From NCBI RefSeq assembly GCF_006345805.1, contig NC_042999.1, forward strand, positions 168,144,001-168,208,000: DNA of 64,000 nt, written 5' to 3'. The notes below the pieces were generated by a model that saw only the letters and a program-made list of their open reading frames with translations, did not search any database and was not told where the DNA came from. This document shows, piece after piece, positions 38,334-50,992 of the stretch (position 1 is the first letter of the stretch; every line of letters starts with the position of its first letter). The position numbers were made by a program, and so were the translations under genes. Source of the DNA: Octopus sinensis. Its lineage: Eukaryota.

Positions 38334-38340
<7 letters not shown>
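37005..38340 (-). mobile_element. Non-autonomous Helitron
   Basis: Minus-strand 3' end cccgagcaatgtcccgggtatgtctgCTAG|T. Putative 5' end tc...tatatatgaaacagagtttgtgtgtg is inferred. Confidence 0.55.
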
Positions 38341-38375
<35 letters not shown>

Positions 38376-38799
38376 ATCCAAATAAACAAATAAAAAAATT
38401 AAAAAGATGAACATATATATTTAGGCAAATCAATGACAAATGGTGAACTTTAGAACAAAAGCAAAAACAAAAAAAAATCAAATGGATGTACACAGTGAAC
38501 ATACTAGTTTGACTGAAAGTTTTAGATGAAAGATTAATGTATGTATGAACACACATCTGAGTGGTAATGTGTGTGTGTGTATTTGTGTGTAAGTTAATGG
38601 ACAAAGTCACTTACATGGTAATTGAACAGAATTTCATTGACATGTATTTGAGTATCTATGAAACTCTGGGTAATGTTCTTCGAAGTCATTAACTGCTAAC
38701 TTACAAATATATGTTCTAAATGCCGCACTGTTTGCTGTTTGCTGTTTTTATATTTGTACTATAGTGTGTGTGTGTGTGTGTGTTCGAAAGCCTTGTAAT

Positions 38800-39145
38800 A
38801 AATGCAGGTGTGGATGTGCGCTTAAAAAGCTTGCTTCCCAACCATATGGTTCCAGGTTCAGTTCCACTGCATGGTACCATGGCTAACTATCTTCTACTGC
38901 AGCCTTGCACCAACCAAAAAATTCTATGTGTGGATTTGATAGATGGAAGTTGAAAAAAGCCTCTATGTGTGTGTGTGTGTATGTGTGTATGTGGCTGTGT
39001 GGTAAGAAGCTTGCTTCCCAACCACATGGTTCCAGGTTCAGTCCCACTGCGTGGCACCTTGGTCAAGTGTCTTATACTATAGCCTCAGGCCAACCAAAGT
39101 CTTGTGAGCGGATTTGGTAGACGGAAACTGAAAGAAGCCATCGTG
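38800..39145 (+). mobile_element. Two tandem SINE family A heads
   Basis: ggttccaggttcagt(t/c)ccactgc occurs twice (~38848 and ~39028). Confidence 0.75.
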
Positions 39146-39430
39146 TGTGTATATATATATATATATATGTATGTATATATACACATACAAAGTATGGGGA
39201 TTTAGTTCACAGGTAATCTAAACGATTAGGTACAAGAGGTAAGTGGTGTAATGGATTACTAGGGCTCTAAGGTTGTAGCTGAGACAGTAGTTATGGAGCC
39301 ATTGCAGATTTCCGGTGCAGTGGATATATACTTGTTAAAAACTTTGAACTTTTTCCAATAATAACATAGTATACAACTTGAGATGTTTGCCTTGCCTTAA
39401 TGTTTTTTGTCCTCTTTAACAAGTATATAT

Positions 39431-39719
39431 CATGTGATCACGTGACCGACCAGTCCATCAGATGGTCACATCGCTGGTCACAATGCTTTCGCATTGTTTT
39501 AGCCTTCGAATGACGCCACCCCACTGGCTAAGCGAGCAGGCCAACAGAAGAAAGAGTAGTGAAAGAGTACGGCAGGGATCACCACCCCCTGCCGGAGCCT
39601 CGTGGAGCTTTTAGGTGTTTTCGCTCAATAAACACTCACAACGCCCGGTCTGGGAATCGAAACCGCGATCCTACGACCACGAGTCCGCTGCCCCAACCAC
39701 TGGGCCATTGCGCCTCCAC
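39431..39719 (-). mobile_element. SINE family C variant with an alternative 3' half
   Basis: Same head and body as 13525-13907 up to ...gtactctttca, then unrelated sequence. 15-bp TSD TTAACAAGTATATAT at 39416-39430 and 39720-39734. Confidence 0.85.
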
Positions 39720-39740
39720 TTAACAAGTATATATATATAT

Positions 39741-40030
39741 CATCATCATCATTTTGCGTCCGCTTTCCATGCTAGCATGGGTTGGACGGTTCCACTGGGG
39801 TCTGTGAAGCCAGAAGGCTGCATCAGGCCCAGTCTGATCTGGCAGTGTTTCTACGGCTGGATGCCCTTCCTAACGCCAACCACTCCGTGAGTGTAGTGGG
39901 TGCTTTTTACGTGCCACCCGCACAGGTGCCGGACAGAGCTGGCAAACGGCCACGGATGGATGGTGCTTTTTACGTGCCACCGGTTCGGGGGCCAGGCGTG
40001 GCTGGCAACAGCCACGATCGGATGGTGCTT
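39741..40030 (-). mobile_element. RTE-like LINE 3'UTR copy
   Basis: (CAT)n tail followed by gtccgctttccatgctagcatggg. Confidence 0.85.
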
Positions 40031-40253
40031 TTTATATATATATGCATATGTTTCTGTGTCTGTGTTTGTCCCTCTACCATCATTCGACAACCAGTGTTGG
40101 TGTGTTTATAACCCCGTAATCTAGCAGTTCAGCAAAAGAGACTAATAGAGTAAGTACTAGGCTGACAAAGAATAAGTCCTGGGGTCAATTTGTTTTACTA
40201 AATGCAGTGCTCCAGTCAAATGACTAAAATCATTAAAAGAATATATATATATA

Positions 40254-40696
40254 GGCGCAGGAGTGGCTGTGTGGTAAGTAGCTTGCTTACCAACCACATG
40301 GTTCCGGGTTCAGTCCCACTGCGTGGCACTTTGAGCAAGTGTCTTCTACTATAGCCTCAGGCCGACCAAAGCCTTGTGAGTGGATTTGGTAGACGGAAAC
40401 TGAAAGAAGCCCATCGTGAAAGAAGCCAGGTGTTGCTATTAAGTTAGACATGGCCGAAACCTATCAAAGTATCAAAGTATATATGTATATATGTGTGTGT
40501 CTGTGTTTGTCCCCCTAGCATTGCTTGACAACCGATGCTGGTGTGTTTATGTCCTCATCACTTAGCGGTTCGGCAAAAGAGACCGATAGAATAAGTACTG
40601 GGCTTACAAAGAATAAGTCCCGGGGTCGATTTGCTCGACTAAAGGCGGTGCTCCAGCATGGCCGCAGTCAACTGACTGAAAAGAGTAAAAGAGTAA
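40254..40696 (+). mobile_element. tRNA-derived SINE family A
   Basis: ggcgcaggagtggctgtgtgg...ggttcagtccc; (GAGTAAAA) tail; short insertion at ~40418-40480. Confidence 0.9.
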
Positions 40697-41409
40697 GTGT
40701 ATATGTGTCTATGCCCTGGTTACCCATGAATGTAAGCAACCACCATAACATGCTGTGTGAGTTGGTGTCTTCTTGTCTTGACATTTCGTGACAGTTGCAT
40801 ATAAGTGTCACTCGTACGAGCAGTGCCCTTCACTTCCAATCTTCCATGCAAAACATGTGTAGTCATGCGGAAACATTACATTCTAATATGAATTAGAAGT
40901 AGCACAAGTATTGTAGATATTATTGACCACTCATACTCAATGCATGTGCTTTGCATGTTCACCAGTAGGCTGTGATTTGGAGTAGTGAGGATGACTCCCT
41001 CAAAGTGCCTGGTATTAGAACACCTGAAAGTCATAGACAGGCAAGACAACTCACTTGAAACATTGATGACCATCACTCCTGAATGGGATTTGGGGTGATG
41101 TAAGTGCTGTGTACATACATTGAGTACGTGAAGTCAATAATGTGTGTATGTGTATATATATATATATAATATATATATAAAGGGATTTGTATGATTGTGT
41201 ATAGAGGGATATATATTATTCAAAGGAATTCCAACTCTGTTTGTTTTTTATGTTTTATTTATATTCTTTATAATATTAATGTAGAATATAGAATATATTG
41301 TATAAATAGTATATATATAGTAAAATGAAATGAAGTATTGATTGTCTTATTGAATAGATGAAATGTTGAATATCAAATATTAAGGGACTAGTATACTTTC
41401 CTGCATTAA

Positions 41410-41630
41410 CCCTTTCGTTACTGTATTTCCATTGAGATGCTCTGTGTTTCTTTCAGTTACTTTAAATATAACGAAGAATTTTATATAATAATTTGGTTAT
41501 CTTTACACTAGTGTTTGGAACATAAATTGTGACTAAGTTTTAGTGGAAGATTTTAATTCAGAACTTATGAAAACAAGACATTTGTACTACAGAGCCAGAG
41601 CCGGTTTCAGCCGGGTTGGTAACGAAAGGG
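41410..41630. mobile_element. TTAA piggyBac-type MITE
   Basis: TTAA|CCCTTTCGTTAC...GTAACGAAAGGG|TTAA, with a perfect 12-bp TIR. Confidence 0.9.
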
Positions 41631-41879
41631 TTAAAGCAGTCTTCAAGGTCCCAGGTTGTGACAGGAGTGTTTCAACTGTAGTTGACTGGTTGTCTTTTGT
41701 CCTTTATATATGTTCCAGTGGACAGCAGTAGTAGTTGTTTGGCTAAATGATGACAGCAGTACTTTTTAGAGATTTTTTGTGTTTTAGTTATAGGAATAAG
41801 ATTTTTAAACCCCAAATAAGATTAATTTAATCGTTGTTTGTTAAGCTTTGGTTTGAATTTCTTAATAAAGTCCTTTTCT

Positions 41880-42490
41880 CTCAGTTTCATTCCGGTTGTA
41901 AAGTTAATGAAATGGGAATATCATAAAAGTTTTCTGACCATATGTTGCCTGATGGTTACTCAGTGGTATTTGGCAGACTTCTGGGTTTTTAATTTGTTGT
42001 CAATGCACACGCGAGCGTTCTGATAGTGCATTGCCTGTCTGGCCAACATACAGTTCTTCACAATTTGGGCATTTGATGCAGTAGATTAAATTTCTGCTTT
42101 TGCAGTTCATGTTCACGTTTGAGAATATTTTCCGTTTTTGTGCATCAGCTATCATCGCATTTAGACACAGTGAATAGTTGATCTTTGTTGCTCTGTAATG
42201 ATATTTCTCAATTCCTTACTTTGTGCAATGATCGGTAGGTTTGCTTTAGCAATATTGAAGATGTTCTAGTGGCATGGATTGTATGTCACTATAAATGGTA
42301 TGATTTGTTCTTGTTTTTCTCTTCTTTGTGGTGTCTGGTTTGTATGGGTATTTGTTGTATGGGTATTTTCATAGCCCACTGAATACCATTTTCTATAAGA
42401 CATGTCTCCAGATTCTCCATAAGTTGTTGGCCAATTTTATTGGAAAATTTGTTAAACTTATTGATATTTTTGTATATTTGTATAACCAAG
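41880..42490 (-). pseudogene. Penelope-like element RT-EN linker + GIY-YIG remnant
   Basis: Minus strand gives VTYNPCH...; NMNCKSRNLIYCIKCPNCEELYVGQTGNALSERSRVH* (LIY...YVG with CxxC). Confidence 0.85.
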
Positions 42491-43518
42491 CTGACTAGGT
42501 TCTTGCGGAGCTAGTCGGTTAGGTGGAATTTTCTCCTTTTAGGGGTGAAATTTTTGTTCAAATCTTTAAAATTTTGCATTGAAACTTGTAAATTTTGCCA
42601 AAATATCTATGAAGAGAACAGTAAGCTGTTCCCTTTGTGCACCACATCCTCTGCAGGTGGACGACAAGACAAGGCGAACGTCAAATGTGAATACACTTTG
42701 CCCATTTCGTGCCTTAAAAGGCAAAGAAGAAAAGTGAAAGAGCGTTCCACCACATGCAGCACTACAGATGTAAATGAAAGCTGTTCCTTGAACCACCTTT
42801 CGAATGTGCATTTTCTGGCTCTCACCACCACTATTGCTCCTACACTGGAGAAGGATGAAGAGAAGAATATCAACATGGTTACCAAAGAAACTGACACCAC
42901 CAACACCAACAACAAAAGCCATTGTAACGGTCTCATATTCACAACAAAGCAAAGCTCAGGGGAAATCAATGTTACAATGGACAAAATAAAAACCGCAAAG
43001 GAGTTGTTAAGGAAGGATGGAAGCAAAGAATATAGGAAACAAACTTAGATACAAACGGTTGACTTAGATAGGGTCCATAGACAGGGTCCCAGTTACTGGA
43101 AGCTAAACATGTCATTAATGGCATGAGACATTTCTTTTTGAAATCTGCTGTTTCAAAGCCACTGTTTTCATATCTCATTTTAGCTTGGTTTCTGATGCTG
43201 CATGTCTTTCTTATTGCATTTCCTTGTGGCTCCAGCACTAGGTGAGGCTGGTAAGTCCTAAGTGAATCAAGACTAAAGGAACTTTAATCATTATTCTATA
43301 TTTTTTACCATTTTGGTATGGTATAAACATATACTTTTTTTCCATAATTTGAACCTGCTAGTTTCATGTTTCCAATTTTTGAAAAAGATAGGTAATATGA
43401 AATAATATGTTGTTATTTGAGAAGCAACAACATCAAAATAAAAAAAAACTATGTGCTTTCCTTCTTATATTGAGTGCATTTTCCTGTTGCTAGTAAACAT
43501 AAGCATTTACTGAAATGC

Positions 43519-43555
<37 letters not shown>

Positions 43556-43918
43556 TGTGTATGAGAGAGAAAGAGAGAGAGTGTGTGTGAGAGAGAGAGA
43601 GAGAATGTGTGTGTGAGTGTGTTCGTATCTGTGGGTCTCTATGTATTTCATGTGTTTTACAATTGTTGTTTAACCCTAAGTCAGCCCTAATCCAGCAGAC
43701 CTATGATCAAAAATGTTACAGCTATGACCGTTCATCAATTTTGTTTGTTTTTTTCCCACACAGTGTATCCTTGGAAATATTATTCAATCAGGCCTTTTTT
43801 TTTTTCTTTTCGAGACAGCAAAGTGTAATTTGAAGATGACTGCTATTTCTACCAAGTCATATAGCCATGAATAATTTCCCTCCCTAAATTTGAGTGTGTC
43901 AATGTACATATATGTACA

Positions 43919-44346
43919 GGCGCAGGAGTGGCTGTGTGGTAAGTAGCTTGCTTACCAACCACATGGTTCCGGGTTCAGTCCCACTGCGTGGCACTTTGGG
44001 CAAGTGTCTTCTACTATAGCCTCGGGCCGACCAAAGCCTTGTGAGTGGATTTGGTAGATGGAAACTGAAAGAAGCCCGTCGTATATATGTATATATATAT
44101 ATATATATAATGCGTGTGTGTGTTTGTGTGTCTGTGTTTGTCCCCCTAGCATTGCTTGACAACCGACGCTGGTGTGTTTATGTCCCCGTTACTCAGCGGT
44201 TCGGCAAAAGAGACCGATAGAATAAGTACTGAGCTTACAAATGAATAAGTCCCGGGGTCGAGTTGCTCGATTAAAGGCGGTGCTCCAGAATGGCCGCAGT
44301 CAAATGACTGAAACAAATAAAAGAGTAAAAGAGAGAGTAAAAGAGT
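43919..44346 (+). mobile_element. tRNA-derived SINE family A (full length)
   Basis: A box TGGCTGTGTGG, B box GGTTCAGTCCC, internal (TA)/(TG) tract and (AAAAGAGT)n tail. Confidence 0.92.
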
Positions 44347-44875
44347 ATATGAAAGCAAAACATAACTTCTTTCAGATTATATATGAAATAACAGCAAATA
44401 CCTTTTTTTAAATTCTGTTAGTAATATTCCTTGCTCTTTTGCAGATTTCTATAAGACGATACAAACAAATAAAATCCTTTTGCATGTAGGCTCAGCTAGA
44501 CATTTCTCTAAGCCACATGTAGTGATTGTGTTTGGTTGTATATTTCTAAGCAACAACCAACCTTGATAATGCTCTTTGTAAACGGTTAAGCCTCATTCTT
44601 TTGATGTTACCTATACAAGCCAAGTAATAACTATAGCCATTCTTCAGAAACAAGTCTGTACAAGAGTGACAGATAGACATGAGCACAGGTACACACACAT
44701 ACAAACAAGAGCCTTGTCCTTCTAATAGTCAGGATATTAGCATTATATAAATATATCTTATTAGTCTCAACAATACATTCCTTTTATTCTTAATCTTGTG
44801 ATTAATCTCTTGCCTGCCCTTGATAGCTTAGTGAGAGTGGAACTGTTGCCCTTCCATTTGGCAATCTATTTGTGT

Positions 44876-44907
<32 letters not shown>

Positions 44908-45430
44908 AGGATCTTTTCAAGACACAGTTTTATTGGCATATGAAGAAACTGATTTATGACTATTTTGGGTTTCAGATTCAGTTTTCCTGCATGGCACCAA
45001 GGGGTAAAGTCTTGTGAGTGAACTTTGTTGACCAAAACTGAAAGGAGTTCATCATTTCTACCTCTGTGTGTGTGTGTGTGCTTCGTCTTGATATCATGTG
45101 ATATCATGTTAATGATATCATGTTAATGAGTGTTACTGTCCTACAAGTAGTGTGCTTCATTTGCACTCTTCTGTGAAAACATGTTCAGCCATCTAAAATC
45201 AATGTCAGTGAATTCCATCTGACTCATGCAAGCATGGAAAACAGGATGTTAAAACAAAGACGATGATGATGATGATGATGTGGTGGTGCAGGTGGTAATG
45301 ATGCAATTGAATCCATACTAAGTATATGATTTGATGCCTTGCAAACTATAAATAATTCTCAGTGGATATGAAGTGTCATCAATATTCATCAATAACATCT
45401 GTGTAAACATTCCATTTGTGCACATGAATG

Positions 45431-46140
45431 CATCATCATCATCATTGTTCGACCGTGATCGAGACAATGGAATTTACTATGTTACGCCAGACTTCACGGT
45501 CCATCATAGCATTACGGAGGTCCTGTTGCTGGATGCCTGTATCCCTGGAGATTACATCAGGGTAGGAGAGTGTGCGCCCTCTGGTATTGCGAGTAGATGG
45601 CTTCCAGAGGAGAAGAGTAGAAATTGCCTCGTTTTCAGCTCTACAACGATGTCCAGCAAACTGGACTCTCCTACCTTTCACAAGAGATGACACAGGTGGT
45701 AGTTTCCCATATATTTGCATTTTGGTTGGATGGCACTTCCACGAGAGATTTTGAGCTCTCATAAGGAGGCGAGTGTAGGTTCCATCCAACCGCCTCTCAA
45801 GCTTCTTTGATAACGTCCAGGTTTCTGAGCCATATAGTAGAATTGGTTCGACTGTGGCTTTGAATATTTCAAGTTTGAAGTCTCTACTTAGATTTGATGA
45901 CCAGATCTTATGCATGTCATTACAGGCTGACCAGGCCATACCCTTTCTAGTTAGAAAGTCTTTTCCAGATGATGATATGTATGACCCAAGATATTTATAA
46001 TCAGAAACCATATTTAAAGGCGCACTGTTGAGAGTGTGGATGATGCAATCACTGTTGGACAGGCACTTGTTTATATATTCAGTCTTGGCCTCATTGAGGT
46101 AAAGACCTACACAATTTGAGGCTTGTTCGAGAGATTGTAA
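45431..46140 (-). mobile_element. RTE-type LINE, 5'-truncated (ORF2 C-terminal part intact)
   Basis: GLYLNEAKTEY...YKYLGSYI...VEPILLYGSETWTLSKKLERRLDGTYTRLLMRA...FAGH...DREVWR; (TGA)n tail. Confidence 0.92.
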
Positions 46141-46489
46141 AAGAGAGACACACACATGCATATGCCTGGACATGCATACATACAGACAGATAAAAATCTG
46201 GTGCAAGCCAGACAGAAGACTAATAGATAATTAAATTATAAATAATAATTTATTTAGATATAAAGGAAACATCCAATAGACAAAAACAGGACACTTGTCA
46301 ATAACATTATTCAGTTATATAGAATACTTTACCTACACTACAGTTGTTAGCCAACATTTTATGTAATAGACATGTATAAACATCTTGACTTTATGCATAT
46401 CATTATAGACAGAAAAGAAGGATCAACTGGACTAATTTCAATCCTGTGTTGGAAAATTATTAGAAACTGAGTATTCTTAGGAGACAGTT

Positions 46490-46720
46490 TATAAACCCTC
46501 TTTTACTAAGAACTTAAATAAATTTGTTCTTTTATCTTTTATTTTTTATTCTTATAAACCCTCTTTACAAACAACTTAAGTAAATATGTTCTTTGATTCT
46601 TATAAACCCGTTTTTGGTAAAAACTTAATAAATTTGTTCTTTTACTTTTCTATTCTTTTATTCTTATAAACCCATTTTTACTAAGAACTTAAGTAAATTT
46701 GTTCTTTTATCCTTTTATTT
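46490..46720 (+). repeat. Degenerate ~60-bp AT-rich tandem array (~4 units)
   Basis: ttataaaccc...aagaacttaa(g/a)taaatttgttctttt recurs four times. Confidence 0.8.
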
Positions 46721-47319
46721 TTGTACTTGTTTCAGTCATTGGACTGCAGCAATGCTGAGCCACAGTCCTGAAAGGTTTTGTTCTGTGGTTTCCAACCACT
46801 TTTTATCAATGGTCCCCTTTGATTACTACTTTATTCTGGCAAACCCTTAAAGCCATTCAATGTTTAAAAACAGGTTTTATAGATACTTCTTTCAAAATTC
46901 CTACTTCGTTTTTCACATTGTGTAGGCTGAACTATGTAAAACATCAGAGAAAGAAACCTAGTCGTTTCTTGCAATAAATACATCTAAAGCAAAATCTTTT
47001 CACAGACCATTAAATATACTACTATGGGTCCTCTATTTACTATTTTGCTTATAGGGACCCCAGGAGTCATATAGACTCCAGTTGAGAAACCTAAGCCAGT
47101 GCTTTTTTTAAATAAACATTAGCATGGGCAGATGGAGAAACTATTTATATTAATATTTATTGTTGACGTCATAAGAATTTTATAAAGTTTCCAGAGTATG
47201 TGAGATAATGCGTTTTTGGAATAAATGTTCTGGAAGCACATTCGATACAGCCATAGAGAGCAGCATGTAAATATTGGGTTGCAAAACCCTTTTGTAGCTT
47301 GTATTTTTCATCTTTTACT

Positions 47320-47558
47320 TGTTTCAGTCATTAGACTGCAGCCATGCTGGAGCACTGTGATGAAGAACTTTTAGTCAAATGAAATGATCCTGGTACTTAA
47401 TTACTTTTTCTTTTGCTAAGCTTGGTACTTATTCTATCAGTCTCTTTTGCCAAACTGCTAAGTTACGGGGACATAAACACACCAACACTGGTTGTCAAGC
47501 AGTAATGGGGGACAAACAGATACAAAGACACACATACACACACATGTATGTATATATA

Positions 47559-47560
<2 letters not shown>
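47320..47560 (-). mobile_element. SINE family A 3' part; further fragments at ~30500-30640, ~31780-32130 and ~48340-48500
   Basis: tcttttacttgtttcagtcattagactgcagccatgctggagcac. Confidence 0.8.
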
Positions 47561-47607
<47 letters not shown>

Positions 47608-48077
47608 TCAATGTTAACTCAATATATAACTCAATGTGTGAATTATTTTTGAGTATGCATTGTCTGAGAGATTTTTCTTACAGTAGAAGAAATAGCTAGG
47701 ATTTTTGGCTGCTATTTCTAAAAAGTTTGGTGTGTGGTAAAATAAATTATTTTACGGAACCCTTTTTTATAACATAATGTTTCAAATATACTGTATATGG
47801 TCTTTTTACATACTGAACACTACTTGGTATAATTAATTAGTTTTACCCTTTTATTATTGACAATATAATTCTCTCTCCCTGAAATTTAACTACAGTTCTC
47901 TCTGTAGGAATGTATCGCTCTGTAACTCACGTGAGAGGAAGGGGATGAATGCAAGGCCTCACTTGTATTTTTGAATTCGTTGGTACTGGCGGTCGAACAT
48001 GGTTTGTCTGGGATTACTCATACCAGACGGGTATGTTCGATTTTTAGTGCTCTCAAATCCAAATCAATAGAAATCCT

Positions 48078-48138
48078 TGAGCTGACGAAGGAAATGTTCA
48101 TCTTTATATTCAACTAATCTAGAAACGGGCCGTTCTCA
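48078..48138 (+). ncRNA. Degenerate hammerhead-like motif
   Basis: TGAG-CTGACGA-[33 nt]-GAAAC-GGGCC-GTT-CTCA. Stem I and core are present but stem II pairing is poor. Confidence 0.4.
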
Positions 48139-48794
48139 GGTAATCTTATATACGTGTGATCTTTCGTTATTTTTCCCTCTATACCGGTGTGAGTTATTTT
48201 TGAGTATGCATTGTCTGGGAGATTTTTCTTACAGTAGAAGAAATAGCTAGGATTTTTGGCTGCTATTTTTAAAAAGTTCGGTGTGTGGTAAAATAAATTA
48301 TTTTACTGAACCCTTTTTTATAAAGTGTATATATATATATATAATAGACTTCTTCCAATTTCCGTTTACCAAATCCCCTCACAAGGCTTTGATCAGCTTG
48401 AGGCTATAGTAGAAGACATTTGCTTAAGGTGCCATGCAGTGGGACTGAACCCAGAACCGTGTGGTTGAGAAGTAACCTTCTTACCACACAGCCACACCTG
48501 CATCTATAGAAACAAATCAAAGGCAGCTGTTAACATTTTCTATCCAAAAGAGTTTAACTCCTTTGGTTCACAACCCACCTGAGACCACCTCTGGTTCTAT
48601 GACACAAATTACTGATTAAAAGTGATCTAAATTATAATCTTCCATCAAAATTTTATATAAATTTGTTCCAGACACCAGCTTAATAATGAGTAAGTTATTT
48701 TACTAAATACTTAATACTTCGTTATTTTAAAAAGTAATTGAAACAAAGACAATAGATTTCAACGGAAATATAGTAACAAAAGTGTTAGGGGGGT

Positions 48795-49121
48795 AAAGAA
48801 CCCCTTCAATCATGAATGACCATGGGATTGCACCTAGAAAGTTACCCCCCAAGGCACAAGTCTGGACAGGGTTGTTCATGGAAGAACAGCAGTCGCCCAT
48901 ACATACCCGCCTCCCCTCTCTATGCCACAAGGGAAAGGCAAAGGCCGACACAACTTGGCACCATTGACATTGCAACTCACTTCTACGGCTGAGTGGACTG
49001 GAATATCGTGAAATAAAGTGTCTTGCTCAATAACACAACACACAGCCCAGTTTGGGAATCAAACTCACAACCTCATGATTGTGAGCCCAACGCTCTAACC
49101 ACTGAGCCGTACACCTTCACA
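48795..49121 (-). mobile_element. tRNA-derived SINE family D
   Basis: Reverse complement of 49268-49590. Confidence 0.8.
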
Positions 49122-49267
49122 AAAGGGTTAACAGCCTGATATTTATGCTACTCTTTATAGCTGTGTGTATAATGTGCTTCCAAGGCCATTATTCCAAGAA
49201 GGAATTATGAATATTCATATTTGAGTAGCTATACCGGATGGCTCAGAATTTAGTCTCACTGCATGGT

Positions 49268-49590
49268 GAAGGCACATGGCTCAGTGATTAGAGTGTTGGG
49301 CTCACAATCATGAAGTAGTGAGTTCGATTCCTGGACCAGGCTGTGTGTTGTGTTCTTGAGCAAGACACTTTATTTCAAGTTGTTCCAGTTAACTCAGCTT
49401 TAGAAATGAATTGCGACATTAATGGTGCCAAGCTGTATTGGCCCCTTTGCCTTTCCCTTGGATAACATCAGTGGCATGGAGAAGGGAGGCTGGTGTGCAT
49501 GGACGACTGCTGATCTTCCATAAACAACCTTGCCTGGACTTGTGCCTTGGAGGGTAATTTTCTAGGTGCAATTCCATAGGGTCTTTATCC
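49268..49590 (+). mobile_element. tRNA-derived SINE family D
   Basis: ggcacatggctcagtgattagag (A box) ... gagttcgattcct (B box). Confidence 0.8.
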
Positions 49591-50115
49591 TTTACCCTTT
49601 TATGGCATCATGAGGTGCCTTCTATTATGACACCAGGCAGACTAAAGCCTTGTGGTGGATTTCATGGATGGGAACTGAAAGAAGCCACAAGAAACTAATA
49701 GAATAAGTGTGTAACTTAATCTACTGGTTTACTACTAAGTCATGGGAATGTAAACAAACCAACAACAATTATCAAGCAGTGAAAGACAAATACAGATATG
49801 CACACACTGTTTCCATTCACCAAATTGGTCAGCTCAGGGCTACAGTAGAAGACACTTGTTCAAGTTGCTTGTAGTGGCTCTGAACTGGTTGGGTTGTGAC
49901 ATGAACTTTAACTATTTATATTTCTTTTTGCCCAACTATTAAGTTCTAGGGTTGTAAACAAACTAACACCAGTTCTCAGGCAGTGAGAAGTAAACATAAA
50001 AATACACACATACAGTAGTGTTCTGCATTATATATATATATCATTAATGTATCATTTATCCCAAAAAGAAGCACACTCTAAAGCATAGAGCAGTAATGTA
50101 TTTTTATGTAGTTAA

Positions 50116-50286
50116 GTCTATGTCCAATCATAGAGTGACCAATGGTTTCACCTCTATAAAAGGCTTTGTCCTATGGACAGCTCATCTGAGTTGTATGACC
50201 TTGGCTTTAGAGTCTAATGAGCTATCCATGGTGCTAGGCCCTTTATAGATGTGAAACCATTGGTCACTCTATGACCAGACATAGGC
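50116..50286. mobile_element. MITE with ~55-bp TIRs and a TTAA (or TA) TSD
   Basis: TTAA|GTCTATGTC..CATAGAGTGACCAATGGTTTCAC...GTGAAACCATTGGTCACTCTATG..GACATAGGC|TTAA. Confidence 0.8.
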
Positions 50287-50302
50287 TTAACTGCATAAAT
50301 AT

Positions 50303-50375
<73 letters not shown>

Positions 50376-50992
50376 ATATCATTATTATTATTATTATTAT
50401 TAATAATAATAATAATAATAAATAATAACAACAATAATATAAGTGGCCAGCAAGCATTAAAGCCAAAAAAACAAATTTATAAATATATAATTAATTATAA
50501 TTGAGGGTACATGAAGTACCAGTGTTGCTAGAGATAAGAGTAAAAAAATACTCAAATAAGCCAATACTTCACTGAAAATACAACAGGTTGATGAAAATTG
50601 AGCGAGAAGCAACATTTAACTTACCATTGCGGCTAAAAGTTGCAAATGAGGATCATAGATATCTCTATATCATGTGATTTTGAACTTTGAGATATTTCCT
50701 TTAGTTCTCATCAATAGGTCTTGCTGTTACCCAGTAATTAATTATAAATTTATAGATTTTCCTTTTTGGCTCTAATGCTTAGATTATTGTTGCTATTATT
50801 TATTATTAATAATAATAATATCTTTACTTATTTATTATAATATGTATAATTATACATTTATATCGTTTGAATTTGGCACTGATCTTTCAACCATTTTGAC
50901 AGACATAAATTTAACCCTTGGCTAACAGAGAGAATTACTGATAAGAACTAAGTGAAATATCTCAAAGTTCAAAATTACATGCCGTTCAAAAC

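Noticed and set aside
38615-38692. Possible minus-strand exon (LMTSKNITQSFIDTQIHVNEILFNYH|gtaagt)
   Set aside because: A single short open frame with a good donor is expected by chance, and no partner exons were found.
40967-41100. Third exon of the + candidate gene (AVIWSSEDDSLKVPGIRTPESHRQ)
   Set aside because: It would need a non-canonical GC donor, and the nearby GT donor lies beyond stops in all frames.
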